Under the pieces are notes generated by a model. It made no database searches. It saw nothing but the letters and a program-made list of their open reading frames with translations, and was not told the origin of the DNA. Positions 10,348-28,914 of a DNA stretch of 64,000 nt are shown one piece after another. The stretch lies in NCBI GenBank assembly GCA_965112735.1, contig OZ218955.1, forward strand, positions 2,790,001 to 2,854,000. Direction: 5' to 3'. The position numbers and the translations under genes were made by a program. Every line of letters begins with the position of its first letter. Position 1 is the first letter of the stretch. Origin of the DNA: Phaeosaccion multiseriatum. Taxonomy: Eukaryota; Protista; Ochrophyta, other classes.

Positions 10348-12444
10348 TTACACGAAGGGTGCCATATCCGTACCCCCCTCTGCCCCCCGCAGGTCCTCCC
10401 TCCCCCCGCCCCTACTCAGGTAGGCCCTCGCAAGCCCAGTCACAGCCCCGGGTGCTGATGGACGTGGCGCCGTACTGCTGCCTCCGTTGGCCACGGGGGA
10501 GAAGCTCACCTGCGCCACATCGTCGGGATGGAAGTGGAATCGGCTACCCGCATCGTGCCCGGCGTCGGAGCACTTGTCCATGTCCACAAAGCAGTCGCTG
10601 TCCTCCTCCTCCTCGTCGTCCTCCTCTCTTAGCATGCCATTCTCGTGCATGCCCCCATGCGTGGCCCGGTGTGGATGCGTTATCCCGCCCTCTTCGTCCA
10701 CGCACACCTCCCCGTCGTCGCCGTAGAGGAAGGCCTCTTCTTCTTCGTCTCCTTCGCCGTCGCCAATCCAGTTCTTTTGTACGCTGAAGGGGTTGAGCCC
10801 ATTCTTCAGCGCCCTCAGCACCCTCCCCCCTTGCACGATGAAGGACACATCTTCCTCTTTGACAAAGTAGATGGGCGTCACACGAGTGAGCAAAGCCACA
10901 GGGGCCGCCATGCAGAAACACACCACCATGTTGAGAATGTTGAGCACAAAGGCGCTCGCCATTTCGTTGCTCATCCAAAATTGGTCTTGGGTCTTGACCA
11001 GGCTCACACAGAGAGGCACGTTGATTAAGGAGGAGATGGAGGCGAGGAGCAGCATGCCGGCACAGCCGTACCCGAAGAGCTTGACGTGGCGATAGGCCGA
11101 CACAATTCCAGACAGCCCCGCGATGATGGTGCTCAGTAGCCCCAGGATGGCAAAACCCCGCAGCATCCTGAACTCTTTGCAGAAAGACGAACTGGCTCGG
11201 CAGTCTTGCTGCAGATGCAGGTCCCAGGTAAAGGACACTGGGCCACTGCTGAAGCCGTCCTCCTCTTCTCCGCCCTCATAGGAATACTCGAATCTCCACC
11301 ACGCCACGTAGAGAATGGCAAGCTGAAGGCAGATGGGCAAGGTTGCGCCCAAGCCGAAAACCCAGTGGCGACGGCTCTTGATCTGGTGGTGGTGAGGATG
11401 ATGGAACAGAAGGGAGGAGCGAGCGAGAGGAAGGAAGGAATGAAGGGAAGAGAAAGGAGGAAACACAAAAAACGTCAGCATCAACCAAATAAAATTCGCC
11501 TCACCCCATCCCCCGCTCTTGACGTTCGTCCCTTCCTCCGTCTCGCTGTGCAGGGGTGGGGTGGGGTGGGGTGGGTTTCATCTGCCTCCCCCTTCCGTGA
11601 GGTGCGTTTCATCTGTCTTCCTAGTACCCTTGCGTATGCTTACCTCTCCAATGGGGCCCTCCTCCTTCTCCACGCCCGCCATGTGGTCAAAGTCGTCGTA
11701 GGCATCCTCCAGCTCCTTTCCTCCTCCTCCTCCATCCAGGCCATCCTTCCCCCCATCAGCCACACCCACTTGACTCGCATCTCCTCCGCTGAACTTCCTG
11801 GCGGGGTATGGCGTCGTTGATCCTCGCGCTGGCAAGGGTCGCGAGGATCGAGACGAGGGTAGAGGGGCGTTGAGATCGAGGGCCACGTTGACAGACAAGC
11901 TCCGCCCCCGCCCGGGTGAGTTGTACAGAAATGAGGGGGCCCTGCTGCTTCGCATTGAGGGCGCTCGGCTTGCGCGGCTTCTGGTAGAGTACAGCCCCTG
12001 CTCTCGCATGGAGGGTTCTCGACTTCTCCCAGCACGGGTCGGACCCTCTGGCACTTCGAAGGAAGCGTGCCTGTTGGTTCTCTGCTTGGTCTTGTGCTGC
12101 GCCGTCCGCGCGCCTCCGATGATTGGAGGTGGCTGGGTCCTGGGCAGATGCGTGGGCAACTGCTCGTCCACCATGCTCCCCGTCTCGCTGTGCGTGTCAA
12201 AGGCATCAAAGTTCTTTGCAAAGCTCTCCTCCGGGATCATGCCGCGGTGCCTCCTGTTGGGGGCTCGATACGCGCTGTGGGCGCTCACAAAGCCCTCATC
12301 CCCGCCTTCTGTGCTGCCGCTGTCATTACTTCCGAGGCTGGCGCTGTTAAAAATTGTAGTGCTGACGCTAGTGCTGTTTGTGCCGAAGTCGCTCTCATTG
12401 TTCTGCTCCTTCTCCCCCCCATTTTTCCCTACGCCCGGAGCCAT
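10348..12444 (-). CDS. Claudin/PMP22-like 4-TM membrane protein with long disordered N-terminus, paralogue 1 (exons 12444-11644, 11382-10348)
   Basis: Phase-0 GT-AG intron joins KEEGPIGE|IKSRRH. Four hydrophobic helices; first loop WWRF...WDLHLQQDC....FC. Clear paralogue at 19438-21068. Confidence 0.75.
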
Positions 12445-13069
12445 TGTGCTCCCCCTTGTCCTCCTCTTGCCTCAAGCCGATGCGACTGCAAGCAAAGCGA
12501 CGCTCGCCCCCGCACGAATCCTGCTGATGCGGAGGAAATTCAAAGTTTTTGTTCGCTGATTGGGCTTTGCTGCAGTTCCCCTCCGGTCCCCCCACCACGC
12601 CCTTCTCGCTCTCAGCCCCTGTTCCTACTACTGTAAAGGTGTGCCCCTTGCCGGCGCTGCTGCGGCTGCTGCGAGCTCCGATTTTTGTTTCGCCTCTGAT
12701 CGGGTTCTTCTCCCTTCCACCAGGGCCTGTGTACCCTGTTCCCGCTCCAGCAGCAAATGCAACCCCCCCCCCAAATGAAGGGCGTTAAACTGCGACACAG
12801 CGGGGCGCACCAGGACTGTGTGAGAAAACTAGCGTGGGTTGCAATGCACACGTGCTCTCTTCCTTGTTGTTGTTTCTTGTTGTTGCTGTGTATATCTTTG
12901 TGTTGTTGCTTGTCTCTCTCGACAGAGAGATGAGAGCTCCGACCGAGTTCGCTTTGACGTAGCCGCGCGGCATGGAGAACAAAAATTTGTCCCCACGTCA
13001 TTGAAAGAATTCGGCTCACAGGTTGCCATCGTTCTAAATGACCCGCATCAATCGTAAATACCCCAATTT

Positions 13070-16000
13070 TTTAAACCGGGTGGGTTTGGAGCTTACAGGA
13101 GGAGTTTTGGGCGTCCGGTAGGTCGGGTCGGATAGCCGGTCGGGTGCAGGTCGGGTCGAAGGGTTGGGGTGGTCGGGTCAAGGTCCGAAGAGGTTGGTCG
13201 AAGGTCCGAACGGGTCAATGAAACGGGTCACTGGCACGGGTGGTTGGTAGTGGTTGCTTGGTTGGCTGGGGGTTGGCTGGGGGTTGAGGGTTGGTGGGGG
13301 TGTGCCGGGGGCTGGGGCTGCTGCTGCGTGCTGTGGAGTACGCCACTCGCTCATGCCACATCGGAAACCTGAGGCATCGTTTCATCACCCGGTGTTTTTG
13401 TTTTTTTTTATTTATTTTTTTCACCGGTGCCTCCTTTCTTTCTTTTTCTTCGCTGGCTGCCTCTCACTTGTTGGCTCCTTGCTTGGCCGGCTCCCTCTCT
13501 TTTGCTTTCTCTCTTCCTTTCTCTCCCTGACCTCTCGCGCATAGCTTGCTGTTTACGCCGCCCTGAGGTGTTGAAAGTCAGTATTATGTCAATGGCCCAG
13601 GCCCAGGCAAATACGGTGAGAAAAGGTGTGTCGAAAGAAGGGTGGTCGTTTAGGATGGCTCAGGGATAAAGCTAATAGAGACAAGGCTGGCTGCCTGGCT
13701 GGCTTTGGGGTTTATCTATCATGTGGAGAGCAGCCAAGCAACGTGACAATTTTAGTAGCCTAGCTAGAGGCCGAGGAAAGACACAATGCATGTGACTGGT
13801 GAGAGTGAGGCGTAGATGTTGACAAGGAGAGGAGGAAAGGAGCGAGGAGGGAGGAGCCCCTGCCTCCTTCCCTGTGTATCACCAACTCCCTCAGCTCTTG
13901 CAAGCAAGACCTGTTGAACAGTGGCAAAGAAAGCAAGCTTCACCTCAAGGTCGGAAACTCTCGCTGGGCAGCGGGGGTGCCCGGCCGGGATCGCAGTGGA
14001 TGGGGAGGGGGGATGGCAGTGGATGGGGCGGGTGAGAACATCTATCGATCACGGATGACGTCACGCTGGCGCATCGAAAGTTTGCTGAGCACCGCGAGGA
14101 AGTGAGGGAGTTGGTCATACAAAACGGGACAAGGGGAGAGCGAGGGAGGGAGAGATTGTGACTGATCCATCGATTCGTCGATGGCCAATCTATCCATTGC
14201 CATCGATTGGCCGATTCATCCATTGCCGTCCATGGACTGTCATGGATTAACCGATTCATCCATTGCCATCGACTGAGCTTATAATCCATTGCCATCCATC
14301 GACTGCCATCCATCTATTGATTGCCATCCCTCACCATCTCCCTCCTTCCCTCTCCCTCCGCCACCCACCCTATACGCACGCATACACACATACACAAACA
14401 CTCAAAACACACACACGTACGTACACACACAGGCACATTCTACTCGCTCGACACTTCGCCGCTCTCGTCCTGGCTGGCTGCGACGCTGCAACAAGAAGAG
14501 CTCTCAGCAAGGAACATCATTCCAACGTCCTGATCACGGCGCCCTTCTCGGGAGCATCAGCCGCAGCACCAGGGACAACACTTGAAACTTTTTCTTGCTC
14601 CTTCCTCGGGGGTGGCTGGGCCTTTTCTTCGGCAAGCCCAGGGGGTCGACTCAATGTGGCGCACCTTTACGGGGGCCGCAACATCTCCGTCTTTCATGTG
14701 AGGAGGAGGGGATAGCAGTGGATGGTAGTGGGTGGTAGTGGATGGGGAGGGGGGGGGGTGGGGCTAGGGTTGAGGTGGAGGAGGAGGAGGAGGAGGAGGA
14801 GGAGGAGGAGGAGGAGGAGGAGGAGAAAGAGGAGGAGGAGGAGGAGGAGGAGGAGGAGGAGGAGGAGGAGGAGGAGGAGGAGGAGGAGGAGGAGGAGGAG
14901 GAGGAGGAGGAGGAGGAGGAGGAGGAGGAGGAGGAGGAGGAGGAGGAGGAGGAGGAGGAGGAGGAGGAGGAGGAGGAGGAGGAGGAGGAGGAGGAGGAGG
15001 AGGAGGAGGAGGAGGAGGAGGAGGAGGAGGAGGAGGAGGAGGAGGAGGAGGAGGAGGAGGAGGAGGAGGAGGAGGAGGAGGAGGAGGAGGAGGAGGAGGA
15101 GGAGGAGGAGGAGGAGGAGGAGGAGGAGGAGGAGGAGGAGGAGGAGGAGGAGGAGGAGGAGGAGGAGGAGGAGGAGGAGGAGGAGGAGGAGGAGGAGGAG
15201 GAGGAGGAGGAGGAGGAGGAGGAGGAGGAGGAGGAGGAGGAGGAGGAGGAGGAGGAGGAGGAGGAGGAGGAGGAGGAGGAGGAGGAGGAGGAGGAGGAGG
15301 AGGAGGACGAGGACGAGGAGGAGGAGGAGGAGGAGGAGGAGGAGGAGGAGGAGGAGGACGAGGACGAGGACGAGGATAGGAAGGAATGTGTAGTGTGTAG
15401 CTATGTGTGTGTCTCTGTATGTGAGCGTGAGTGTGTGTGTATGTGTGCTTTTCATTGGGTATGTGTGCACGCGTGTGTGTGTGCGTATGTATGGCTAGGT
15501 ATGGTTGGGTGTGCGGGTGCGCATTTGCATGTGTGTATGTGTGTGTGTGTGTGTGTGTGTGTATTCTTCCTCGCGTCTTTTGTCTCTCTCTTCTATCCAA
15601 GAGGTGGGTGCAATTAGGCAGGGTGGAGGAGGATTGTGCCTCCATCCAGTGCCATACCCCATCTGCTCCTGTTCCCACCCCTCTGACTTCATCACCTACC
15701 TTCCACCATCCCCATTCCCTCCCATCCATTCCCAGCCGCCCATCCTCTCCCTCCCTCCCTCTCCTTCCCTCCACTGCCATCCTCCACGCCCCTCCCATTC
15801 ACTGCCATCACTCAGGACATGCAGAGAGTACACGAGGTCCCTGTGAAGGCTTCTTCGACCTCACTCTGTGGTGCTGCATGTGCTGTGCTCCCTCCCCTCC
15901 CGCTCCAGAGTGTGGATGGTGCTAGATGGCAACGTCGCTGGAAATGAACAGGTGAGGTTAATCTACCTGGCTGTTGATTAGGACGCCGGCAGGGTCTTCA

Positions 16001-18900
16001 TGCCATATTCCCATGAAGCCCACCCCGAATGGGCCCACGCCTCTGTCCCTTCCCTTCATGCACATGGCCTCTGCGCTACCGGTGGGTGCGTTGGGCTCAT
16101 AAAGGGGAGACCAGAGACCACGAGGGTGTCCCGGAAACGCGAACACCTTAAAATAAAACCTGTCTTGGAACTTCTCTCTGAGCTCCGAGCTGCTAGTCCC
16201 CGGGTCCTGTGTGTGGTGATGGAGGGTTTGCTGGTAGGAGCGAGGGGAATGAATCAAGAGGGACGGCCAGGGGAGAGGGGTCATGGACGTGCATCGGCTT
16301 GGCTTCGCAGTTATCAAATCAATCATTCCTCGGCTGCTGGCCATGCTTCAGGACGGCCGTGGCCGTGGATGGTGATGATGGATTGTTGGCTCGTCCTCCC
16401 TCCCTCGGTCTCGCTCGCTCGCTCGCTCGCTCACCTCAGGAGTTTTGAACTTCCATTGCAAATTCACGCCGACGGAGTCAGCCTTCCAGCTCTATCCTGG
16501 CGGCCCAAGGAATCCTAATTGAAGAGCAATGGGATCCATATAGCGAAAGCGCTTGTTTGCACCTCGCTTCTTCCGAGGCTTGGAAAGAGTGAGCGCATCG
16601 ATCATCGTCCTCAAGCTGAGGAGGGAGGTCAGCACCCCCGCCAGTACTTGCCAGTCCTTCCTTCTCCTGGAAAGCGGCCTGGCTGGGCGGGAAGAGCGAA
16701 GCGGCAATCAAGGAGAAAAGATCTTCAAGGGAAAAAAAATTGCTGCTGGCTGCTGGATGCTCCTGCTACTGCTTGCTCGCTTGGTCGTGAAGGAGATGGG
16801 ACCCACCCAGCCATGGCACCATCATCCTAGAGCTTCTGGCTCTGGGCCGGCAGAAAAGACCGAACGAAAGGAGAAAAAGGGGCAAAAGAAATCATTGACT
16901 TAATACATGGCTCATGGCAATGGATGGTGACATGGTCGTGATCGTCCTTTTTTTTCCCTCTTGTTCCAAACCTTCTGTTGAGGGCATCGCGGTACCGCAG
17001 CGGCTACGCACCACAGAGCAGGAGCCTTAGCACCCTAAGGAGGCCATGGATATGCAGGAAGGCGCGGGGAGCTGCGGTTTGGGGTTACTTTTGGACGTTT
17101 GCTGAGCCCACTCAACATTCAAAATTCCTCTCCGTCGTTCAACCACGGGCTTCCCCCACCTCTCAGTATTCGCACGGCTGCGCGCCACAGATCAGCAAGG
17201 ACTCAAGAGCACATGGAGGAAGCATAAGGAGCCGTCAGTAGCGGTGGGAAGTGGATCTTTTTTCCCCTTCCACACCCTGCCCCTCCCCACCCCGCCCGCC
17301 TCTCTCAGCTCAGTCTCGCTCCAAGGGCACAAGGTAAGACAAAGTCTACAGCAGAACAGCGCGGCGCGATATATACGAATCAATGGGGACTGGGGCAGGG
17401 GGGGCGAGCGTGGGAAGTGCTGGGGGCGGGGGGATAGCCTACTTTGCCCCTGCAAATTCTCACGACACCCCCTCTTTCCGCCCCCTTCTCACTCTCCTCA
17501 GGAGAAAGCAGCAGCCGCAGCAACAGCAGCAGGGGAATAGCTACCGACAGCAGGTGTGGAAACCTCAGCGAGCCGCGGGGAAGCCCTCGAACGGAGGGAT
17601 GGGGTGTGTGGGGCCACTTGAGGGCATTCTGGAGGACCCAGAAAAGGCACACCGATGCCTCGTACCAGCAAGCAACAGGCAGCGGCGGCGGTAGCAGCAG
17701 CACCAGCAGCAAGCAGCATGTAGCGGGCAGCCGCAGGCAACGGGCAGCAGCCATCACAACAACTAGTGGGATGGTGGGGAGTGCGTCGGGGGGATGTGTG
17801 TGGGAAAAGCATCGAAGGGCGCAGAGGCGTCCTCCTCCGACAAAAGCAATTGCCGTACCTGCCTGCTGCGCTCTGGGGGATTTCTTCCGGAAAACTCTGC
17901 TCAGTCGGCTCCCTGACGAGAATCAAGAGGCGCTGAAGGGGCTCTTGGAAGAGGTGGCAAACAAGTAAGGTCAAGATTCATCAAGGGCATTTGATGCGAA
18001 CCAAGCGCATGCACAGAATGAGAGGATTCCCGAGCAGAAGGGGAAGGCAGAGAAAGGACCCTTCACACAGTGCAGGAGGAAGGTTGTTGTGCAGAGACGT
18101 CATGTGGCAGGCATACGAGGACGTATGTCCCCCACACCACCTCCATAATCACGTGACTTGCTTGACTTCAATCACCATCAAAGACGCACTGCAAGCGAGA
18201 CTTAGCTACAGCGACAGCCCCTTAGATCTCTCCGCCTGCCTCCTCCTACTGAATGTATCGCTGCTGTGCTGCTCGTCCTCCTCCCCCTTGGTCTTCGTCT
18301 CTCCCATCCTGCTCAGCTGCGCCGCCGTCAGATCCATCTCCTCCTCCACCACTACCTCCTCCTCTTACTCCTCCTCCTACTCCGCCTCCCATGAGGAGTC
18401 ACATGAGGAGGTAACGGCTGCCTTCTCCATCGTCTCCATTATAGAGGAAGTCTTGACCCTCCCCCTCCTCCACCTCCTCCTCCGCCGCCTCCTCCTCGTC
18501 CTCATCCTCCTCATAGTCCACATACAAGCCATGCATAGCCATCTCGCTACCACCGCCGCTCTGGCTGGCCGCTCGCAGGACCTGCCCCAGTCACGCACGG
18601 CCTCGCTCCTCCCCCCCACAGCCACGGCCGAAGCAACCTGCTGCAAAGCAACCTCCTGACCATCTCCTGCGGCCATGCTGAGCGAGCATAGCCAGGAGGT
18701 CCAAGTGCTCGTCCTTCAGCTGCTGGAGCTCCTCCTTGACTTCTGGGATCTCTCCCCCCAACCATCCATTGCCATCTCCTCCTCTCTCTCCTCCTCCGGC
18801 CAGGAGCCTGAGCTCGGTCATTCTGTCCTTCTGGTCAAACTTCCCCCCGCAGGCCCAGCCCTACCGTATCCCCTCTCTCCGTTCGCCTGATGGTATATTC
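13070..18900. pseudogene. Decayed gene-fragment block, possibly a degenerate mobile element
   Basis: Many stop- or frameshift-broken coding-like pieces. A phase-compatible GT-AG pair on the minus strand (...WKFKTPE|DPGTSSSELREKFQDRFYFKVF) has in-frame TAG/TGA upstream. A GGTCG/CGGGTC repeat cluster sits at the left edge. Confidence 0.35.
14778..15375 (+). repeat. ~600 bp nearly pure (GAG)n trinucleotide tract (~200 units)
   Basis: Visible directly; a few GAC/AAA interruptions near the ends. Confidence 0.97.
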
Positions 18901-19437
18901 GTACATTCCGTCTTGTGAAGCATAGCTGCCCAACTCCTCGCTCCCCCTTGAGACCCAATATTTACCATAACAGAATATGCGAATGTCCATCCAATAATAA
19001 TAAGGTGTCTTGGGGGGGGGGACGCTCAGTCCTTCTGTTCCGTGGGTACAGCTTGACTACCCGAGCAGCCGTGTGCACAGGTGACAAGGAACGGCTAACG
19101 CCGACACGTATGCCATACGTTGGGCAATGGGCAATGAGTGGCCATTCAAGAGGGAGAATTGATGATATTTCTGTGTGAGAGGATTTGGGCTGTTTTTGGA
19201 ATGAAACTTGTCGAAAACGTCATAAAGATGGTGGTGGGGGCCTGTACGAGTCTCTCAAACATTTTGTAATTTCATCACACGCACCCAGGTAATCAAACCC
19301 CCCCACCTCCCCACACTAGCGTCTGTCCGAGGAAGGTAGACTTGCATCAGCAGAAGAGAGAGAGAGACAAGGAGTTGCAAGGCCCCAAGCGAGCCAGATT
19401 CGGGAAGCGCGCTAGTCCCACACACATCACAAAAATT

Positions 19438-21068
19438 ATGTCTTCTGAACACGTCCGTGGGCCGAGTGGAGGGGATGAGATGGCTGATGTTGCGCGAATG
19501 GGGTCGGGACGCCCTGGGATGCCGGATCGCGTGCACAGTGAGCGCACGGTCGATGCCTCGACCGGCGTGCTCGTGGACAGTCCAGTGTCTGCCGCAGTGT
19601 CTGCCGACGACAGCAGCACCAGCACTTCGGCCGGCAACGGGCAGACGGCCACAACGACTACTGGGGCCTTCCTGGGGGACTTCACGGCGTCCCAGCGCAT
19701 GCCATGGCTGCGCAAGACCGGCCCTAGCGGCTCGTCCTCGAACGTGGTGGAGTCCAACCTTCCGCGCCGCCTGCCGTCCTTCAGCGGCCCTAGTACAGCC
19801 AACTCCACGACCGGCGTTGAACTGCCCTCCTACCGAAACGCTGGAGGAGGCGCACACTCCACCTATTCCTACTCCCGCTCGCAGTACGCCGGCTCCCATG
19901 TCGGGTCCATGGCCCCCTCTACGAGCTCCAACGTCGTGCTCAGCTTCTCCATGGATATGATGAACAACAAGCCCTACACCATGGCCACGCCCATGAACGG
20001 CAGCGTGGCGGGAGGCCCGGCCAGGAGCGCCCGCGTGGCCAGCTTCAGGGACGGCAGCACCGTGCTGGGGGAGGACGACGAGGACATGGCAGCCGTAGCG
20101 CCCATGATGAAGGAGGAGGGACCGCTGGGCGAGGTGAGCAAGCGGCGTTGGACGTGGGGGAACATGAAGGGACAAAACGGCAGCGGGGTGGAGAAGGCAC
20201 TTTGTATTATTTTTTACCTCACACATTTCACTCACCCCACACACTTTTGCTTTCCTTCCCTCCCCCTCAGCTCAAGTCCAAGCGCCACTTGCTGCTGGGC
20301 ATGGGCCTGCTGGTGCCCTTCCTCCTCGAGGCCATAGCGCTAAGCATCGAGTGGTGGGTGTTCCGCTACCGCTTCACGCAGGACTCGGAGACCACCACCT
20401 ACGACTGGTCTCTCGACCTCAGCCAGGACTGCAACACCAGCAGCGGCTTCTGTCAGCAGTACGATGCCGTGCGCTCGTGCGTGTACCTTGCCCTCGTTGG
20501 CATTGTTGTGGCGTCGGTCAGCTCGATGCTGGCCGCCTACAGGCACGTCAAGACATTCGGATACGGAGCTGCCGGGGCGCTCCTCTTTGCGTTTGCGTGC
20601 GCCTTGGCAGCCACCTCCGTCTTCACGAAAATGGTCTCTGACCAGCAGGAGTATTGGTCCAGCGACGACAGCTCGTACGGCTACGCGCTCAACGCCGTCG
20701 TTATGGTGACGTGCCTCGTGTTTGCCCTGCCCCTCCTCATCTTCACCCGGCGAACGGAGATTTACTTTGAGCACGAGAAGGATCTAACCCTCAAGGTCAA
20801 GGGTGGACAGCTCATGCGACTGATGAAGAAGACGGGCCGAAAGGGCATGCCCTTCCATCTTGGCAGGCAGTGGGTGCCGCTCGCCGATGTGGGCGGAGAG
20901 GGAGGTAGTGTGGTGAGCGGTGGCATGGAGGGGGCCATGCAGCAGCAACCGCTCTTCAACAAAACCTCCGGCATCGACGAGGGAAGCGACAGCGATGACG
21001 ATACCGTAGCCCGACCAGGAGGTATGATGGGAGAGGACGCAGATTTCGACGATATCGAAGTGGCGTAA
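19438..21068 (+). CDS. Claudin/PMP22-like 4-TM membrane protein, paralogue 2 (exons 19438-20133, 20271-21068)
   Basis: Intron in the same position and phase as paralogue 1 (KEEGPLGE|LKSKRH). Shared motifs WW.F.Y, W.L.L.QDC..SS.FC, AYRHVK.FGYG.AG and IYF..E.D....V.GG. Confidence 0.78.
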
Positions 21069-22107
21069 GTGTGCGCACACATACTCAAATCACGGCGGGT
21101 AGAGCTTCCGGTCGATCATATCACATCACAAGAGAGAGCGGGGCTCGATTATATAGAGCCCTCTTTTTGATCACATAGAACTGCCATTGAGGTCTCTTGG
21201 TGATTCTCGCCGTGGCCTGGGCCACGATAGGGAAAAGCAAGAGTGGCACGGCTTGTCAATGTGTGACAGGCCAATGCCTCTCAACTCGTGGATGAGTGGG
21301 CCTCAGTGGGCAGGCGCGCATCATACAATTATTTAAAAAACCACAACCAGAGTGAGTTTTTCCGGCACTTCCGGAGATCGCTTTGGGGGGGCGGGGGGGG
21401 GATGGGGTTGTATCAAAGTGGGTGGGATGTAGTTAACTACAAAATACTATGTTGTCAAACAAATCAAAGACCCAACCAGCCCACCCCCCCCCCCCCCCCC
21501 ATTGTTCAAGGTTCAATTCATTCCGTTATTTCTTCTCAATGTGATTGCACCGCCGCCACAAACAAATCGACTCGGAGCGAGCAGCAGCCTACCTACTCCA
21601 CTACTCTACGACTCACCACCTCCCCTGTACACCCACACCCATCCCCATACCTATCTCTATCTACCCCTTACGCTTACCCCCGCCCGCCCCGCCTCACTCG
21701 TCGCTCCTTTGTGAAGCTCAACCCGCCCTGCCCCCCTCAGTCCGCGCGTTCCATCCGTCCACTGCTCCATCCATCCACTGCTGCCATCCATCCACTGCTG
21801 CCATCCATTTATTCATCCTTCCACTGCCATCCATCCCGTGCGTCCCTTCCATCCAGTTGCCGCCCTGGCTCCCATGGGTCACAAAAAAAATGAAATAAAA
21901 CATTGTCGCTGGCCCCCAGATCGCACTCATCCCGTCCCTTCTCGTCGGTCCGTACATAACCCACGATTCACCGCAAGCTCACGTATTGCTTGCTTGCCAG
22001 CTTGCTGTGCTAGACATACACGTGTGTGGTCAGAGGCTTGGCTCTGCCAGATGATAAGACTGGGTACTGGGCACATGGTTTTGACCGTCTTGTACCTCTC
22101 GTCTCTC

Positions 22108-27979
<5,872 letters not shown>

Positions 27980-28914
27980 CTGCGAGCACGTCAAGCAGCA
28001 ACGACAAGGGAGGGTGTGGGTTCCGAGGGAAGAGAGAGGAAGGTGCGGGCAATTAATTGCAGGGGAGGAGAGCAGCAGGAAGGGGTTATACGGGCATTTG
28101 CAGAGAAGGAGGGCAACGCAACGTCTGATGTTGGGCCTAATCGTGAGATTCGGCACTCTGTCAGACAGAGGCGGAGCGTGGCGGAAATGGAGGCAGACAC
28201 ACAAGTTCAGCTCAGGAATGAGGAGAAAAAAAGCTGGGGAGCACGAGAGCGGCAGCAGCAGAGATGGGGGCAAACACGACGAGACGGTAGGGGAGAGAGG
28301 ACTAGAGAACAGTTCCGACACGTAAGGCAGGCCTTGTGCCTGCTGTCTCGCACGAACCCGCCTCCCACAAACATTACTCAACCCCCCTGAAACAAAACAG
28401 GCTCTGCTGACGTACTGAAGACATCACGAAGCAGGCAAAGATCATAGCAGAACGACGCGAACAGAGGCAAGGGGAACAGAACACAGCACTCACGAAGCCA
28501 TAGTCCGTCCTGTCCGGTGAGAGAGGAGAGCGTGGAAAAGGGGAGGGAAGAGAGGATGGAAGGAGACAAAGAAAAAAGAGTAGAGCATCGAGTTTTCAAA
28601 TAGACATACGCAATTTTATTGACTTATCCATGAGTGGCTGATTCGGCCCTCCCCCCTTACATACCCCCCTCTCCTTGCCTCTGTCTGTCGCTGTATAGCC
28701 TATCAGTAAGGATAGGCGCCACTCCATGGGCGATACAGTATCTCTGTCAATGGTTTAGCCGTATAGCGAAAGGCTCTTTGACGTCCTGGGCTTTTGTCTT
28801 CTCACAATTTCTTTTTCTGTACATTAATTCTGGCGCCCTTGGTCTGCACGCGTGGATGCAAAATAGAGGCCAAAGGAGCTGAAGGAGGCGGCTCCCAGCC
28901 GTAGCAACACCACC

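Noticed and set aside
14694-15798. Poly-E, poly-R, poly-L and poly-P ORFs
   Set aside because: Reading-frame by-products of the (GAG)n tract.
28400-28425. ATGTCTTCA|GTACGT as the first GGAT exon
   Set aside because: A phase-0 join to the 27979 acceptor is out of frame and hits TGA, so the start is left unresolved.
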